Source: Acanthaster planci
Lineage: Eukaryota
Direction: 5' to 3'
Length of the DNA: 64,000 bases
NCBI RefSeq assembly: GCF_001949145.1
Contig: NW_019091357.1
Location: 3,014,859-3,078,858, forward strand
Below, one piece after another: positions 36,601 through 49,060 of the stretch. The position numbers and the translations under genes are program-made. The notes beneath the pieces were generated by a model. The model did not search any database. It was not told the DNA's origin and saw only the letters and a program-made list of their open reading frames with translations. Within the stretch, counting starts at the first letter, position 1; the number at the start of each line of letters is the position of its first letter.

Positions 36601-39600
36601 GCCACCCTATCTGCCACTTGTACTTAGGAATAAATCGGTCTGTATATTGAATTGTGTTATTGGTTTAAATACAAGGTTTTCCCATGTACATGGCTTTTTC
36701 AGATCTTTCAAAGCTGTAGCTCGCTTGCTGTACGCGCCTTGCTGTACATGCATTAGTTTTTATAAATGTGTTCTTATCAATCAATGAACAGGTGCTGGCT
36801 TTGGTCTTGACCCCAATATTCACCAACGACTTTTTCGAGAATGGTCTCACAGATCCTGCCTCAAACAGCTTGATATCGCAGCATTGACTCGCCCTTCGTT
36901 CATTCCAAAAACACACTTGTCTTTCATGTTTTCCCTCCATTTTTTTCAAGAAGACTTTTCGCAATTTTGCAGGTAAATATGTTTACACCAGGTCTGAAGA
37001 CAAGGTGGTAGGCACGCCACTGGTTCGGAAGCTGACCTCGGCACACTTTCAACTCGCCATCGGTGAGGGCGTGCTCTCCTTCTACTTCTTCCTGTGGGGG
37101 TCCCCCGGCAACACTTTGAACGTATACGCCGAGTGCAACAGCGACATGTCGCTGATCTGGGGCTATGGGTCTTCGACTGGTCTGATGAACAGCTGGACAA
37201 GAGCAGAAGCGCTGGTACTCTGCAACGACAGCTTCACGGTAGGTGAATTCAGCAGTGGTGCACGGCTCGTAGGTGCCTGTCCCGCTTCAAAGTGCCCACT
37301 TCTTAGCGCCCTCTTCGGACACTCGATGATACAAGAGGTCGGAATAGTATGACGTGATTGGATATCGCTGTTTAACGTCACGCGGTGTTGTTCATGACTG
37401 ACTTTCACGGGTACTATGCATTTTTATGGCGACCGACTGGCGCAAGAAGAAAGTTTCAGTCAAGAAATTATGGAATTCTCTTTCTGGTCCCCGGACGATC
37501 CAACGCATCCATTTGGCCCACCGGTAGAATTGCACTCAGAAATCTAAATCTATCAGAAAATTTAATTCCTGAGTATGAATAACCGAAGTAAAGTACCACG
37601 TTCAAGGATTTTATAGAATATTCGATTTCGGACAGACAAAACGAGAATGATAAACCAGTTAAACTCAGGTCGTTGAGAAATATCTTTGAAATGGCAAATG
37701 GTAATCACTCGAGACTGATAGAGCCTGGGCACGATTTTGTTTCTTCGAATGGAAGAGTGGGATATTTGTTGAATTTTTCTTTTCGGACAATCGATGTTCT
37801 CCTCCACAGATTATCTTCCAAAGCATTCACAACTTCAACAACAGTTTCATTGCTGTGGACGACATCACTTTGAACGGCAAAGAAACAGGTATCGTATTTT
37901 TCAACGGTCCTCAATTTTCTTTTGAATGAGAATAATTTTTTATATCGTGGGTTATTTCCGTTTAACCGCACCGTTCATAACATTCTGTGTTTTCCATCTT
38001 GATCTTCACACATTCTGTCTCATTTATGAATATGCAAAAAAACTCCCTGATCAATGGCATGCGAAAAAAAGGGCCATCTAGATTAAGACTATATTCAGCT
38101 AAACCATGGCAAAATGCCTCAGTATAAAGACTGCACTCAAAAAGCTACTTTCGTGTGGTCAATTATAGTCCATGTATCTGGAAGACGATCCCTGTGGACA
38201 GAAAGTGAGTCAGGCCCCTTGACATTTTCCGGGGTCCCGGTTGCCTTTTGAAGTTCCAATCCAGGAAGCATTTTTGGTGCGGTTTCCCCTCTTCACCGGA
38301 GTCCACCATATTGATACCAAACTATACACGGCCCGGACTCTCTACAAACATTAAGTCCTGCCTGAAACTCCTCATACGTCGCATTAGAGTTCCCCCAGGT
38401 GAATTTTCCACCGGTACTCCTATTAGCGACGGTTTCCTCTTCAGTGGCAGCGCCGGGCTGGAGTTCATGTTGTGATGGGAAATTCACAAGCCAAACTGTG
38501 AGGAAAATAGTTGCATGTGTGAGGATCATTCGGCTCTTCAATTTCTCGTAGTTTTACCATCAATATCTAATCAAACAACAGGTTGCAGTGAAGGTTGGAT
38601 ATCTTTTCTTTACTGTGACGTCACGTTTCTTGATGATTAATCCACCGTCTTCGAGTTCAGCCGCTGGAGAGGAAAATGTTGATGTTGAGCCAAAATCTCT
38701 GAAATGTCACCTGCAACTGAATTCTTATTTCGGTAATGGATAACCTGAGAGTACTAAACCAGCTATCCGTGTAGTCCTCGTAAGCCGGACACATTGAAAA
38801 TCGGGATATGGGCCATCAGTTTGCCATTAAAGAGAGCTACTGGAGACGTTTTCTTGACATGAATTCCTGTCAGCACCAGGGACATGCTCCCATTCATCTT
38901 CAATTCTAGTGTCACCATTCTAGGGCTTCTAAAGGGCTTTTTATTAAGATTTACATATTCACGAGGAACTTAGCGATGCCATCTTTATTTCTGTGATGTA
39001 TCATCTTGTACTCTTTTTCCTTCCAGAATCTAAGCTTTTTTCCCGATCCCTTTTGACAGATTCTCTCGTGTCAGTGAAAACACCTACGACCGGTACAAAT
39101 GTTGCGACAGAGGATGTCGTGAAAGAGCCCTCTGTGACCCCTGACGTGACCTCCGAGTCGCCGCAGGTTCACATGAATACTATGCCGACTGGTGGCGTTT
39201 ACAACCAGCCTCAAGGTAAGTTACTAAAAACAAAACTTTAAGGACCAGACAACACAGGTGATTCACAATGGCGTGCCTACAAGAGTGTGCAACGCGTTGA
39301 CCAATCACAACTCGCAAAGTCTGTCGACCCTTTCCAAACGCGCACTGGCTCTGTTCGGCAGGACGACAGACACAATGCGTGAACAAAAATTGACAAGCAT
39401 CTAATCCCGTGCACACTCGCACAGTTTAGGTAAATGTTGATCTTTTTTTTAAGGAAACTGGTTGTCGCTGGTTAAGTTTACGTCTACAATTAAAGCATAG
39501 CAAGCTCTGTTATTGTACTTTAAATTTCAGAAATGAATTACTACTGCACTATGAATACAGCCTTTGTAGAAAACCTTTTATTCCATTCCTGCGCAGTGAG

Positions 39601-41577
39601 TTCTGTGATTCCCTTCATGTACTATTCTGTATAGCGATATTCTGGCAATACACAGGAACATGAATAGAGTTTCGACTGACAAACATGTGCCCTTTTCTCT
39701 TTTGTCCCAGGTACAATGACGTTGTCCATAATCCTGTTTCTTCTGGCCCTGCTGTTCATGATTGTCAGCCTCACCGTGCATTGCTACATCTGGCACAAGA
39801 GGAAGTAAGTGGCTCCCAACGTGATCGTAAAATAAGGCAAACTGGCTTGCTCGAGAACAAAACAGACACTCGATGAAGGCCTGCTCGCGAATATTATGCC
39901 ACCCGCCTGTCACTGTGGTCGTTGGCCCACAGACTGTCAGCAGAATCACCTTTGATTGGCAATTTGGTAAAATGAGTCATGTTTGACGGAACCATAAAGC
40001 CGTTGTAGAGTAACAGTGACCAGACTTTCCAAGTCCTTCAAAATGAAGCCAAAGTTGATTTAAAATAATCTCTGAGGGTAAGGGTTAATTAATCATCGAT
40101 ACGGGCGATTCACAACAGTGCGCCACCAAGAGTTTGCAACACGTTGGCTAATCATAACGCGCGAAATTTGTCGATCCTTTCCAAACGCGCATTGGGTCGA
40201 CATATTTCGCGCACTGTGATTGGCCAACGCGTTGCAAACTCTTGGTGGCGCACTTTCGTGAAACGGCCGTATCGAAAACTGCTTCGATCTGGTCTTTTCC
40301 ACGGTGGTTGTTTCTTAATAGAAATTATAAAATAATGTTTACAGAACAAAAAAATACCAATAATCTATCTACCGATTGTTTTGATGATAATTTTCCACAG
40401 GAAATGTGCTGTGAGGATGAGAACAAAGCAAATAAACGTACACAACTCTGGCTACAGCTGCCCAGTTCACAGCACACACCTCCCCAAAGTGGTCGTGCAT
40501 AGTGAAGATTACAAGATGCCGACGACCAGGAAATCAGAGCTGAAGCACGGCCTGCAAGCCGAGAAGCCGTCCGTCAAGAGCACCGAGAGCGGGACTGTGG
40601 CGAACGGTGGGCTCCCGAGCAGCATTGCTCTGCCCATCCTGCGAGGCCGCAGCAAAACGGTGCCCAATAAACGGAGCTTTGAGCATTACGAGGCCATCGA
40701 GATGGGCAGCGACAGCGACGAGGACAGTGAGAAGGGCAAGAGAGTGCTGAGTGCCACTGGGAACAAAAGGAAGAAGGGGTTCGTCGGGAAGGCTCGCCAC
40801 TTCACCCGCAGCAACTCCCTGCCCACCTCCCCGGGAAACGATTTTTACGAGTCCATCGACCACAGCCGCATCAACCCGGCTCCCTTGGCCTACCAAGTGA
40901 CCGATCTCCTGCCCAGCCTATCCAGCACAAACACCCTGGTGGATGAACTTCAAGACACCCGCTCTTCCATTGGTTCCATCCCTAGCATCCAGAGCAACCA
41001 TCTCAAGCCGCCCATGCTGTATGACAACTTGGAAAGGAAGTCCCCCCTGCTGTCACAACCGTCCCGCCACTCTCCCACCAGCAGCAACTACACGCCTCCG
41101 TCTCTCCTGAACCTGTCCGGGTCGCAGTGCAACGTGGCGTCGCTCTACGACACAGTGTCGACCTCCCAGGCCGATGCCTCCTCCCTCTCGTCGTACGACA
41201 CGCCCACTGTCCACATGGACTCCTCGCCACAGGTCAATCCTTTCTTTCAGTCAGTGCAGCCAAGCGAGATGTACAACGCGCTCAACCGGCATCCTAGGCC
41301 TAACACGCCGCCGGTCATCGGGGATGGATCGCTTACCCCAAGCCCGCCTTCACCGGCGGTGTTCCGGCCATCGGCCTACCAGATGCCACAACCGAAGCCC
41401 AAGGACTGCCCCCCTCAGCAAAATGAGTATCACACGCTTGATCCGGACGCGATATCTGATACCAGTTTCGAGAAGCCAGTGTCGGTGGACAGTGAAACGG
41501 CTTACGAAAGTCCTCAGACTAAAACACTTCAACAAGTGAAAAGCGAGTCAAGTCACGACTACGAGGACTTAGACTGA
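27598..41577 (+). CDS. Uncharacterised single-pass type I membrane protein: signal peptide, MAM domain, stalk, TM, Tyr-motif-rich tail; join(27598..27676,35463..35606,36973..37238,37810..37888,39060..39215,39711..39804,40401..41577), ~664 aa
   Basis: All junctions are GT-AG with compatible phases and total 1995 nt. MAM motifs: CTFED...C W...W...GPPADHT / GKYVY...LTS...LSFYFFLWG...LNVY...IW...W / IIFQ...IAVDDITL. TM helix SIILFLLALLFMIVSLTVHCYIW. Extra exons in the 7.8 kb first intron cannot be excluded. Confidence 0.85.
31635..31762. mobile_element. Palindromic MITE, family A, left arm internally deleted
   Basis: ATACGGGCGTTTCACAACAGTGC...GTTGCAAACTCTTGGAGG...GTGAATCGCCCGT. Confidence 0.85.
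35463..35606 (+). CDS. MAM domain exon 1 (LYSCTFEDVSSCWLNVEAARLTWMIGGHRTDPSGQGPPADHTWGTEV)
   Basis: Long polypyrimidine acceptor, donor G|gtgagt, CxFE and GPxxDHT MAM motifs; absent from the ORF track. Confidence 0.9.
36973..37238 (+). CDS. MAM domain exon 2
   Basis: Acceptor ttttgcag|GT, encodes GKYVYTRS...LSFYFFLWG...SWTRAEALVLCNDSFT, donor ACG|gtaggt. Confidence 0.9.
37810..37888 (+). CDS. MAM domain exon 3 (IIFQSIHNFNNSFIAVDDITLNGKET)
   Basis: Acceptor ctccacag|, donor G|gtatcg; IAVDDI is the MAM C-terminal motif. Confidence 0.9.
39060..39215 (+). CDS. Thr/Pro/Ser-rich stalk exon (alternative in-frame acceptor at 39027)
   Basis: Phase 1-1 exon, donor G|gtaagt, mucin-like composition. 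Confidence 0.8.
39254..39348. mobile_element. Palindromic MITE, family A, half copy
   Basis: GATTCACAA...CAAGAGTGTGCAACGCGTTGACCAATCACAA...GTCGACCCTTTCCAAACGCGCA. Confidence 0.8.
39711..39804 (+). CDS. Transmembrane exon of MAM-domain receptor
   Basis: Acceptor ttttgtcccag|, encodes GTMTLSIILFLLALLFMIVSLTVHCYIWHKR, donor AA|gtaagt (phase 2). Confidence 0.9.
40099..40272. mobile_element. Palindromic (fold-back) MITE, family A, intact copy
   Basis: About 75-bp inverted arms, ATACGGGCGATTCACAACAGTGCGCCACCAAGAGTTTGCAAC... and its near reverse complement, around a short asymmetric centre. Confidence 0.9.
40401..41577 (+). CDS. Cytoplasmic-tail exon of MAM-domain receptor (disordered, 14 Tyr)
   Basis: Acceptor ttttccacag|G (phase 2), long ORF, AATAAA at 41836. 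Confidence 0.9.
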
Positions 41578-42344
41578 GCAACTTGCCTTTCCCTCTGTGT
41601 TATCTCTGAATGGATGCATTCCTGAGATTCAGTTGATGTAATGCCAATGACTATGAAATTCAGTAGTTTCAAAGATGGCAGATAAGTCAACCAGAAGTGT
41701 ATGTATAGTTCAAACGCACAAAGCAGCTCAATTTTGTGAGTTCGGTTTTTAAATTTTAAAGATTTGTACACAGATGAACACCGTAATTTTTTGTAAAATG
41801 CGCACCTTGACGAATGTTTTTGTGATTGCGCTGTAAATAAAGTGGACATTTTTGACTGAAATAGAGGAGTTTCCAGGTCAGTTCGACTGGGAAAGCTAGA
41901 TTAAACTCTTTGAAAGACATAAGCACCGTTCCTTTTCACAACTGTAAGGCCTTAGCGAATATTTTTAGAGATGCGGTTCGCACTGAATTCTAAATACAGT
42001 AGCAAGATGATGGAATCGGTGCACGTCATATTTCTATGACTTATCGTCACCACTCTTCGTTTTAGCCACAACATACGTCAATCTAGCATGGGCAAGAGGT
42101 CACAGGGTGTGAATGAAAGCAATGGGATGAAATATATTTTGTGTAAAAAAGTTTTCCTACTCAGGGGGACAAGTGACGGGGAAGGTTCTTGTCTTCAAAT
42201 AAGAAGCACTTATTTCGTTCTTTCGTTAGTTGCTGCAGAGGAGTGCATTGGTGCAGTCCCAAGATCCGATGCTCCTTTAGCATAAAGGAAATGAGGAGAC
42301 ATCATTTCTAACTTCTAACTTTATGGTGAAACTGACTACTGTTT

Positions 42345-42573
42345 ATCTGTTTATGTTCATCCAAAAGCGCATTCAGCGCCAACTACAAGACGAAGTGAAG
42401 ATGTATTCAATTTTTAGAGGTGGGAGGAAAACCATGGATAATATGTTCCAGGGAAAACCCAGACATTCAGACAGAGACTGAAAACCCAATCCACATGCTG
42501 ACCTTGGTGGGATTCGAACCCGGGTCGAGGAGGTGGAAGGCGAAGAAAGAGCCACTGCACACCAAGCTGACTC
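42345..42573 (-). mobile_element. tRNA-derived SINE
   Basis: B-box GGTTCGAATCCC at 42509-42520 on the - strand, followed by GGGTTTTCCC...GGTTTTCCTCCCACC, similar to the 11.3 kb element. Confidence 0.75.
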
Positions 42574-42894
42574 TCAGCGCTTATAGACCTACATGTTTGT
42601 GGAAGGCTGCGTCAGAATCTAAGGTCAGTGTCGTTGGTTGTTTCATTTCTTCCGTGCTGAGGCGAACTTTCATGAGGAAAATAAAGCTCTGAAGTTTTTC
42701 CCTTTCTGTACGTAATCGAGATGGTTGACTCCAGATTTTCTGTCACTTCTGCTGTGCTGAACTGGTCTGTATTTTAGTGGGTTTGGAGTAACAGAACCAG
42801 ATCCTAAAGGTTTCTATGAAATCGGGGGAAAAATGTTTCAGCCGGTGTTAAGGGTGGGTAACAACATTAAAAAAACTGAGGAACGATTATGTAA

Positions 42895-43073
42895 ATACCG
42901 GTGTTTCACAATAGTGCGCCTCCAAGAGTTTGTAACGTGTTGACCAATCACCTTGTGCGACATCTGTCGACCTAATGCACGTTTGGAAAGGGTCGACAGA
43001 TGTCGCGCCTTATGATTGGTGAACGCTTTGCAAACTCTTGGAGGCGCACTGTACTATTGTGAAACGCCCGTAT
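42895..43073. mobile_element. Palindromic MITE, family A, intact copy (centre in opposite orientation)
   Basis: Same arms as 40099-40272; centre CCTAATGCACGTTTGGAAAGGG. Confidence 0.9.
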
Positions 43074-43095
43074 TGTCCAAGGCCGTACTTTCTTA

Positions 43096-43214
43096 GGCTG
43101 CATCCGAATCTCTTGTCTAGAGCTAGGTCTTAGTATTCACTCCATTGGAAATGCGTGGAGACGCTCAGACAATAGACCCAGCCGTAGCTCTGGAAGCCCG
43201 TTTCGGACACGGCC
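43096..43214. mobile_element. Short MITE, PIF/Harbinger-like
   Basis: TIRs GGCTGCATCCGAA ... TTCGGACACGGCC with TTA/TTT flanks; a related terminus GGCCGTGTCCGAA occurs at 30609. Confidence 0.55.
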
Positions 43215-44869
43215 TTTTACTCAAATGCGCCGTGAATGAATAAAACTTCCTGAACAAGAAATCCCAGAATGCTGCCAGTTTGAGACATGCTGAGTTACAG
43301 AATGGCATGCACTCTCCTGGAAGGAAATGACAGTTCATAAAGTATATGAAGTGTTTCCCGCGACACAGCGCCATGGCGCTACAACGCTCAGTGCTGCCGA
43401 GACAGAGTCAAACTGAGCCGATGACAAGCTGCTTGGATTGAATCAGGGTTAGGGAAAAGGTAATTTGGTTGTAACGGGATAGAGTGGATGTAAATGTCCA
43501 GTCTGGGGTAATGACGACTGGCCGAATTCAGTATCGACGACCAGGAGTGGAAATCAAACGTGTTTGTGATGAACTGCTTGTAAATAAAATGTGATAATCA
43601 GGTTGATTTTGTCGCAGATAAAATGACATTTTGCTGACGTCCATTGTGTATTCTGGAGACTGGAAATGACAACATGAAATAAAATGGCTATTAAAATACC
43701 GCCGACCGGCTGCCGGTGTATTTGTGTCGTACAGCGGGTTGAGATCGGGTGGGATGGGGCAAGGGTTGAGCATGTGGGCAGGCTCACTTTAGTCTTAAAG
43801 ATGCTGCGTAAGTACCTTTTTTTGTCGTGACACCCCGCGAAAAACTTATACGCGTACTTGAGAACCAAACCAATCTGGATTGCTGCACATGCGCGACAAG
43901 TCCCACAGCAAAACAAACAAAATTGCAGGAACTTCGAAAGCGTTGGCTGCCCTCATGCATATTCGCGTCTGATGCGAGGTCAAATCTTCTACCGAAGCAC
44001 AGAACATGTGACTAGTACACCCGGGAGTTGCAGGCTTCACACCCCCTTTCCTTGTCGTTCAAAAATATTGCCGTATTCCTGGTCCGGCTCTCCAACATAG
44101 TTGAATATAAGATCAGATTTCGTACCTTTTGCTTTCAGGAAAGTCGCCAATAAATATAACCAGAGGTTTATTCGAATCCTTGTGATAAAAATTCCCTGGA
44201 AATGAAAAACTTACATGAGCAAAACAAAATGTGTGTATAACAGGCCTGCCCACATTTATCTCATGGGGTTGTTCTGAATGTTTGAAACATAGTGAAGGAG
44301 CATAGTAGAGAAAGGACGCGGAAAGGTTGAAACTGAAGTCAGCGTGGTTGTAAATTATAAAAAAGGAAAATATTCCTTTAATTATAAACATAGTCTCTTG
44401 ACCTATTTCAACCCTGAAAGTTTGCACTATTTGCGAGGTGCCCCGGTATATAAAGACACTCAGTTGGTTTCAGTATACTAGAAAAATTCCTCAACATGAC
44501 GCAACTTTGGGGGTCAGAATCTTAACATCAATTCTTTGTTTTCTTTAAAGCCGAACCGCGCCGTTTTTACCAGCCGTCACAGAATGTTAGTTCTGTATTT
44601 AGAAGCGAACAAACTCAATGACACGGGTGAATTCCGTCCCCTAATATCCTCGTGTAATGACCATACAATGGTCGTATCGGATTTCTTGTCATGTATGAAA
44701 TTACATTTTTCTCTGAACTGACAGCATGCTAGCATACGTCAATTTTCAAAGGATACGAGGTGGCAATCCCGTTTTGGAACCGACCAAACCTTTTGTAGCA
44801 AGGTGTATTTTACATTTGGGATATGTTAATATTTAACAACGGCTTTACTCTTACACCGACGTATATGGA

Positions 44870-45010
44870 CATGTATATAACACTGTATACCTCAGTGCTG
44901 TCCGAGAGCTTACGAAAAAATTCAGAAGCTTACTCGGGTGGGACTCGAACCCACGACCTCCTACTTACTACTAGTGCAAACCTCTTAACCACTCGACCAC
45001 CGAGCTTGCC
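44870..45010 (-). mobile_element. tRNA-derived SINE/repeat head
   Basis: A-box GGTGGTCGAGTGGTTAAGAG and B-box GGTTCGAGTCCC on the - strand; the anticodon arm is disrupted. Confidence 0.65.
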
Positions 45011-48000
45011 GAGGTTGGCTGGACAGTACGCGGTCCGAGTCAGATGTAGCAGCGGGCCCCGCAAACTGAAGGTTTTCCCCGGGGAAATTCGGAAAATGCG
45101 CGATCTTATTTGTAAAATGAAATTTTCAATTTAGTGTAGATTTTGAAAACGACTTCAAACCTGCTTTCATTTTTGCAAAAACAAGCATTCGACTTCGTTT
45201 TGCATCCTTCAAATAAACGAATGTGCATTACTTTTCGTTCAAGAGGTTCCGTGATTGGGATTTCGGATTGACGTATTCCTTGCCATTTACAACAAAACAA
45301 TGTGCATTCTTATTCGCTGAAAATCTGTCTGTTACCGTGACCCTTCGGAAGTGAATATTCACTTTCATTTGCTGTAAATTAAAATCATAAAATGTATGTT
45401 CAATTTGATTAGAATATACAAGGCTACACAAATCATGACACCAATTTGATAATAAATGTCATGTTACTCATCGATGGTTATGGTGTGTTTGCTATCAAAC
45501 TGTACGAAAAATAGGGTTTCTATGATCGAAAAGCAGCACAAGAAGGAAAGTTCCCTCAACGCCGGTGTTCATAGGTTTCCTGCAATGATCGGCAGTTTCC
45601 AATGACAGCATGAATGGTTTATTTCAATTATGAATATTCAAACATTTAACCAATCTACTAAACACTTCTATGAATGTAACTTCTGTTGGCACACAAACGA
45701 TTTCTAATCCTTGACCAGGCATACGTTAAAAAGCACTTGGCGTGAAATTGCCTGCACATTTTAGGAAATAGATTGAGTTCAAATTAAGATCAATGCAGGA
45801 TGACAGAGGTGCATTCGATTTTGCGGAAAAATGAACGTCAATAACCTGAGCAATACCAGGAAATTGAACACTGACTCTGTACGGCCCGGCAAATGTACCT
45901 TGTTTGAAATAAAACTTGTATTTGTTAAATAGAAATGGGGATTTGAATGTCCTATTTCGCTCGAAAACGGATGCTGCTATTGTTAATGCATTGACACATT
46001 TTCCCGAAATGGCGGGGAAAACATGTATAACAAGGTGTGTTTTTAAACCTTTTGCTATGCACGTAATTCGATCGGTTGATTTCTCCTTAACCCTAAAACC
46101 CCCTAGTGTGCATGTAAAATCATATTGAAATCGGGGGATGTGTGACGGTGTAGGGCTATTGACCAGATTTCGAATGACCATCATTTGGTATCCGCCATCC
46201 TGATGATTCTTCGAAGAATCATGAAGCGCGGGTACCGTTGATAGAAACCGCGGTGAAACAGAGTGTTACAGTAAACAGGAAGCATTACTGAATGTATTGA
46301 ACAAAGTCTTTGGATGCTCGCTGTGTTCAGAACGCACAGAGCTTAGCAGCAAGTGGGTTCTTATTTTTCTGCTCCAACCTTGTTGTTGCAGCAATCATCA
46401 AAGAGTTCGTTCTTTGCAGCAGTGTTATGGTTGATTTTTTTCCACGAGTATGACGCGAGTTTTTTTCCATGAGTACGAGTACTTTTCCATAAGAATGAGT
46501 ACGAGCATTTTTCCACGTGAAGAGCTAGTACATGTATTAGTACAGAAAAAGTATGCCCTATCCGACTCGAGTTTTCCTCCTTGGCAAAAGTTCGTGTTAG
46601 TCTTTCTCAGAAACCATTTCCATTTTCATGAGCCGGTTCTGTGTTATTTCAAAAAGGTAAGGCCATTTGGGAACAAGGTCCGCTTACGAGTCAGCGCGTG
46701 GCAGGCTTGCACGCGCGCCGTGTTCATGAATGACCTTGGACGCGATTCAGTTTGGGCACGTGCTATACTGGTCGGGAGACCGGGCTCATTGAGGTGAACA
46801 CTCGTGACTGTCTTCTTTCCCAAGGACAAATATCGAATGGATTTCAACAGAATGTGTGCACGGGTGGAAATCCTGAAATGGAATGGCGGATACATGAACG
46901 AGCTTCCTTCCCATATTCTAAACAGATCCGTTGTGGTTAAATTCCACATAAAAGTGTCCAAAGCTCCCCCATGCATAATCAGTACATGTTGTTCACATAG
47001 CTATGGTTGTTGAAGAGTGTGAGATTTCTTATGCTGGAGGGAAGGGGGTTACCAGGCTGAGTATCCGGCCGCGAGAGGGTGGGACGGGGGGGGGCGCCAA
47101 CACGGTCTTGGGATCGAAACCAACTTGAAAACCTCAAAGACATCCAGCCTTAATTACACGCCCATGTTAAACGCACCTGTACCAACACGATACGGGATTG
47201 TGGTTCGTGTTGGATCCCGGGAGGTGGAGTTTTGAGTTATGTATAGTAACGAATTATTTTACAAGGGTAACCAATCGCCGCTCCCTCACCACACGATGCG
47301 TCAAAGGTTCCGTGGTCTTCTATCAAGTCTTCCCTCCCTTGCTCTGACCAAATCATGTAACCATGAGATTTGAAGCTTTAGGTGGAGGTAGCAAGTAAAT
47401 TGGGTAGGTTTGTGGACGATGGACAGAGCATACAATTCGAAACGTGGAGTACACGGGTTCTTTTCAGAAGCCCATGTGCTCAAAAAGATATATATCCATG
47501 GTGCTACAGCAAACGTATCTACATGTAGTTTACTCATTTAACCATGCAGCCGTTGCTTTTGGCGTTTCCGTGTCCATACGCCACTGCACAAAATCTGAGG
47601 CATCGGACAACTTGACCTTTAGATACGGAGGAATAACATGTATTCCTTCATGCTTTACCCACTGTACGTTGTATTGGCATTGACTCTTGCGTGAAGGCAC
47701 CCTGCATCATTAATGCAACAGCAAGTGCAGCCTGGCTTCCATCGTATCTCAGCATTTTCTTCAAAACGAGGCAATAATGGGATGCAAACTCACAGCGACA
47801 CAAACTTCACTGGCAGCAACCCGTACTCATTTGAACACTTAAATTTGTGTTTGTTCAGCGTGAAACAGAAGGGGGGGGGAATTGTGAACTGCTATGTCCA
47901 TATTTTGCGCATCACACAATCAGTACTGTCGTCCTCACTTCACCCCTGGATTGAAATGAGGCTGATGACAGTGCTAACGCTTAGCGAGAGCCATCTGGAT

Positions 48001-48799
48001 GAACAACTCATGCGGGGAATTCTTTTCTGCGAATCCTGTCACGGTATATCATAAGAGAGGTCAACAGAAAATGACACGGGGGCGTACATGACAAATGGGA
48101 ACTGTCATACAATAATGCCCATTTTGAGTTCCAGTGTGCCCAGCCGGATTGCATGAATATGATATCATTTCTGCGAGCAATGCCACTAACACTCGAACTA
48201 GATTAGACTCTAAAAGATGAACTTCTTCACCTTTTCAAGAGGCCTCTTAAGAATACACCACGAGTTGCCCTCTCTCTTTGCGCGTTAAGAAGATGCAAAC
48301 TTCAGGGAGAGATGATCAGAGGGTTTGATTACTAGATCCTGATCGCACAGATCGTGGACGTTTATAATTCAAGTTCATTTGTTCATTTTATAAATAAAGG
48401 TGTTGTGCTCGATCATTGTTCCGTCTGTTACAGTGTTGCTTCAAAAACCTGGCATAGAATTGAAGCCTTTTAAGGCTTGTTTGATTTCCTGTGGAATTCA
48501 CATACTTCATGAGTCCTGAGCTGGACTAACGGGGGGGGGGATTTTCCTAGCAAAGCAGTCTCCTTTGGTAGGAACTTTTCTTCGCTGGTTCACAAACAAC
48601 CAAGAATTGCAAGTGTTACATGTCGCATCGCTACCAACAAAACGATTACTCTCGACCAACATGGCTCTTATCAACCGACGTGGGGGTGCTTCTGCTCGAG
48701 GCGGATTATGTGCATCAGACATAACATTAATGACACTGTACAGGCTGAATCGACGCACCTATTAATCGTGTTTACGCACAACGCAGGAACTATCTGACC

Positions 48800-49060
48800 C
48801 TAGAGACTGGGATGGTTAGGGTCTGTAACTCCCAATCACAGGTTTGGTGTGTGTGTGTGGGGGGGTGTCAAGTTGTAACCCCGGGGAAGTTTATACCCCT
48901 TCTTGCCCCCATTGGGGGTGTAAATGAGTACAAGTGTGAGGGTAGAAATGGTAACGTGTTTGATTACCAACCGTTTGCGTCTATAATGGCACCACCAAAC
49001 TGCTATACTTACCGGGGAACTTATATTGCCTCCTGAATGTTAATGCAGCGCAGAATACAA
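48800..49060 (+). mobile_element. Degenerate SINE fragment
   Basis: ggatggttagg head and GGTGTAAATGAGTAC...GAGGGTAGA...GTGTTTGATT...AATGGCA core resembling deuterostome SINE central domains (recognised by eye). Confidence 0.4.

Noticed and set aside
44930..45005. tRNA gene
   Set aside because: A and B boxes are present, but the anticodon region is expanded and the acceptor stem is not convincing; it fits a SINE head better.
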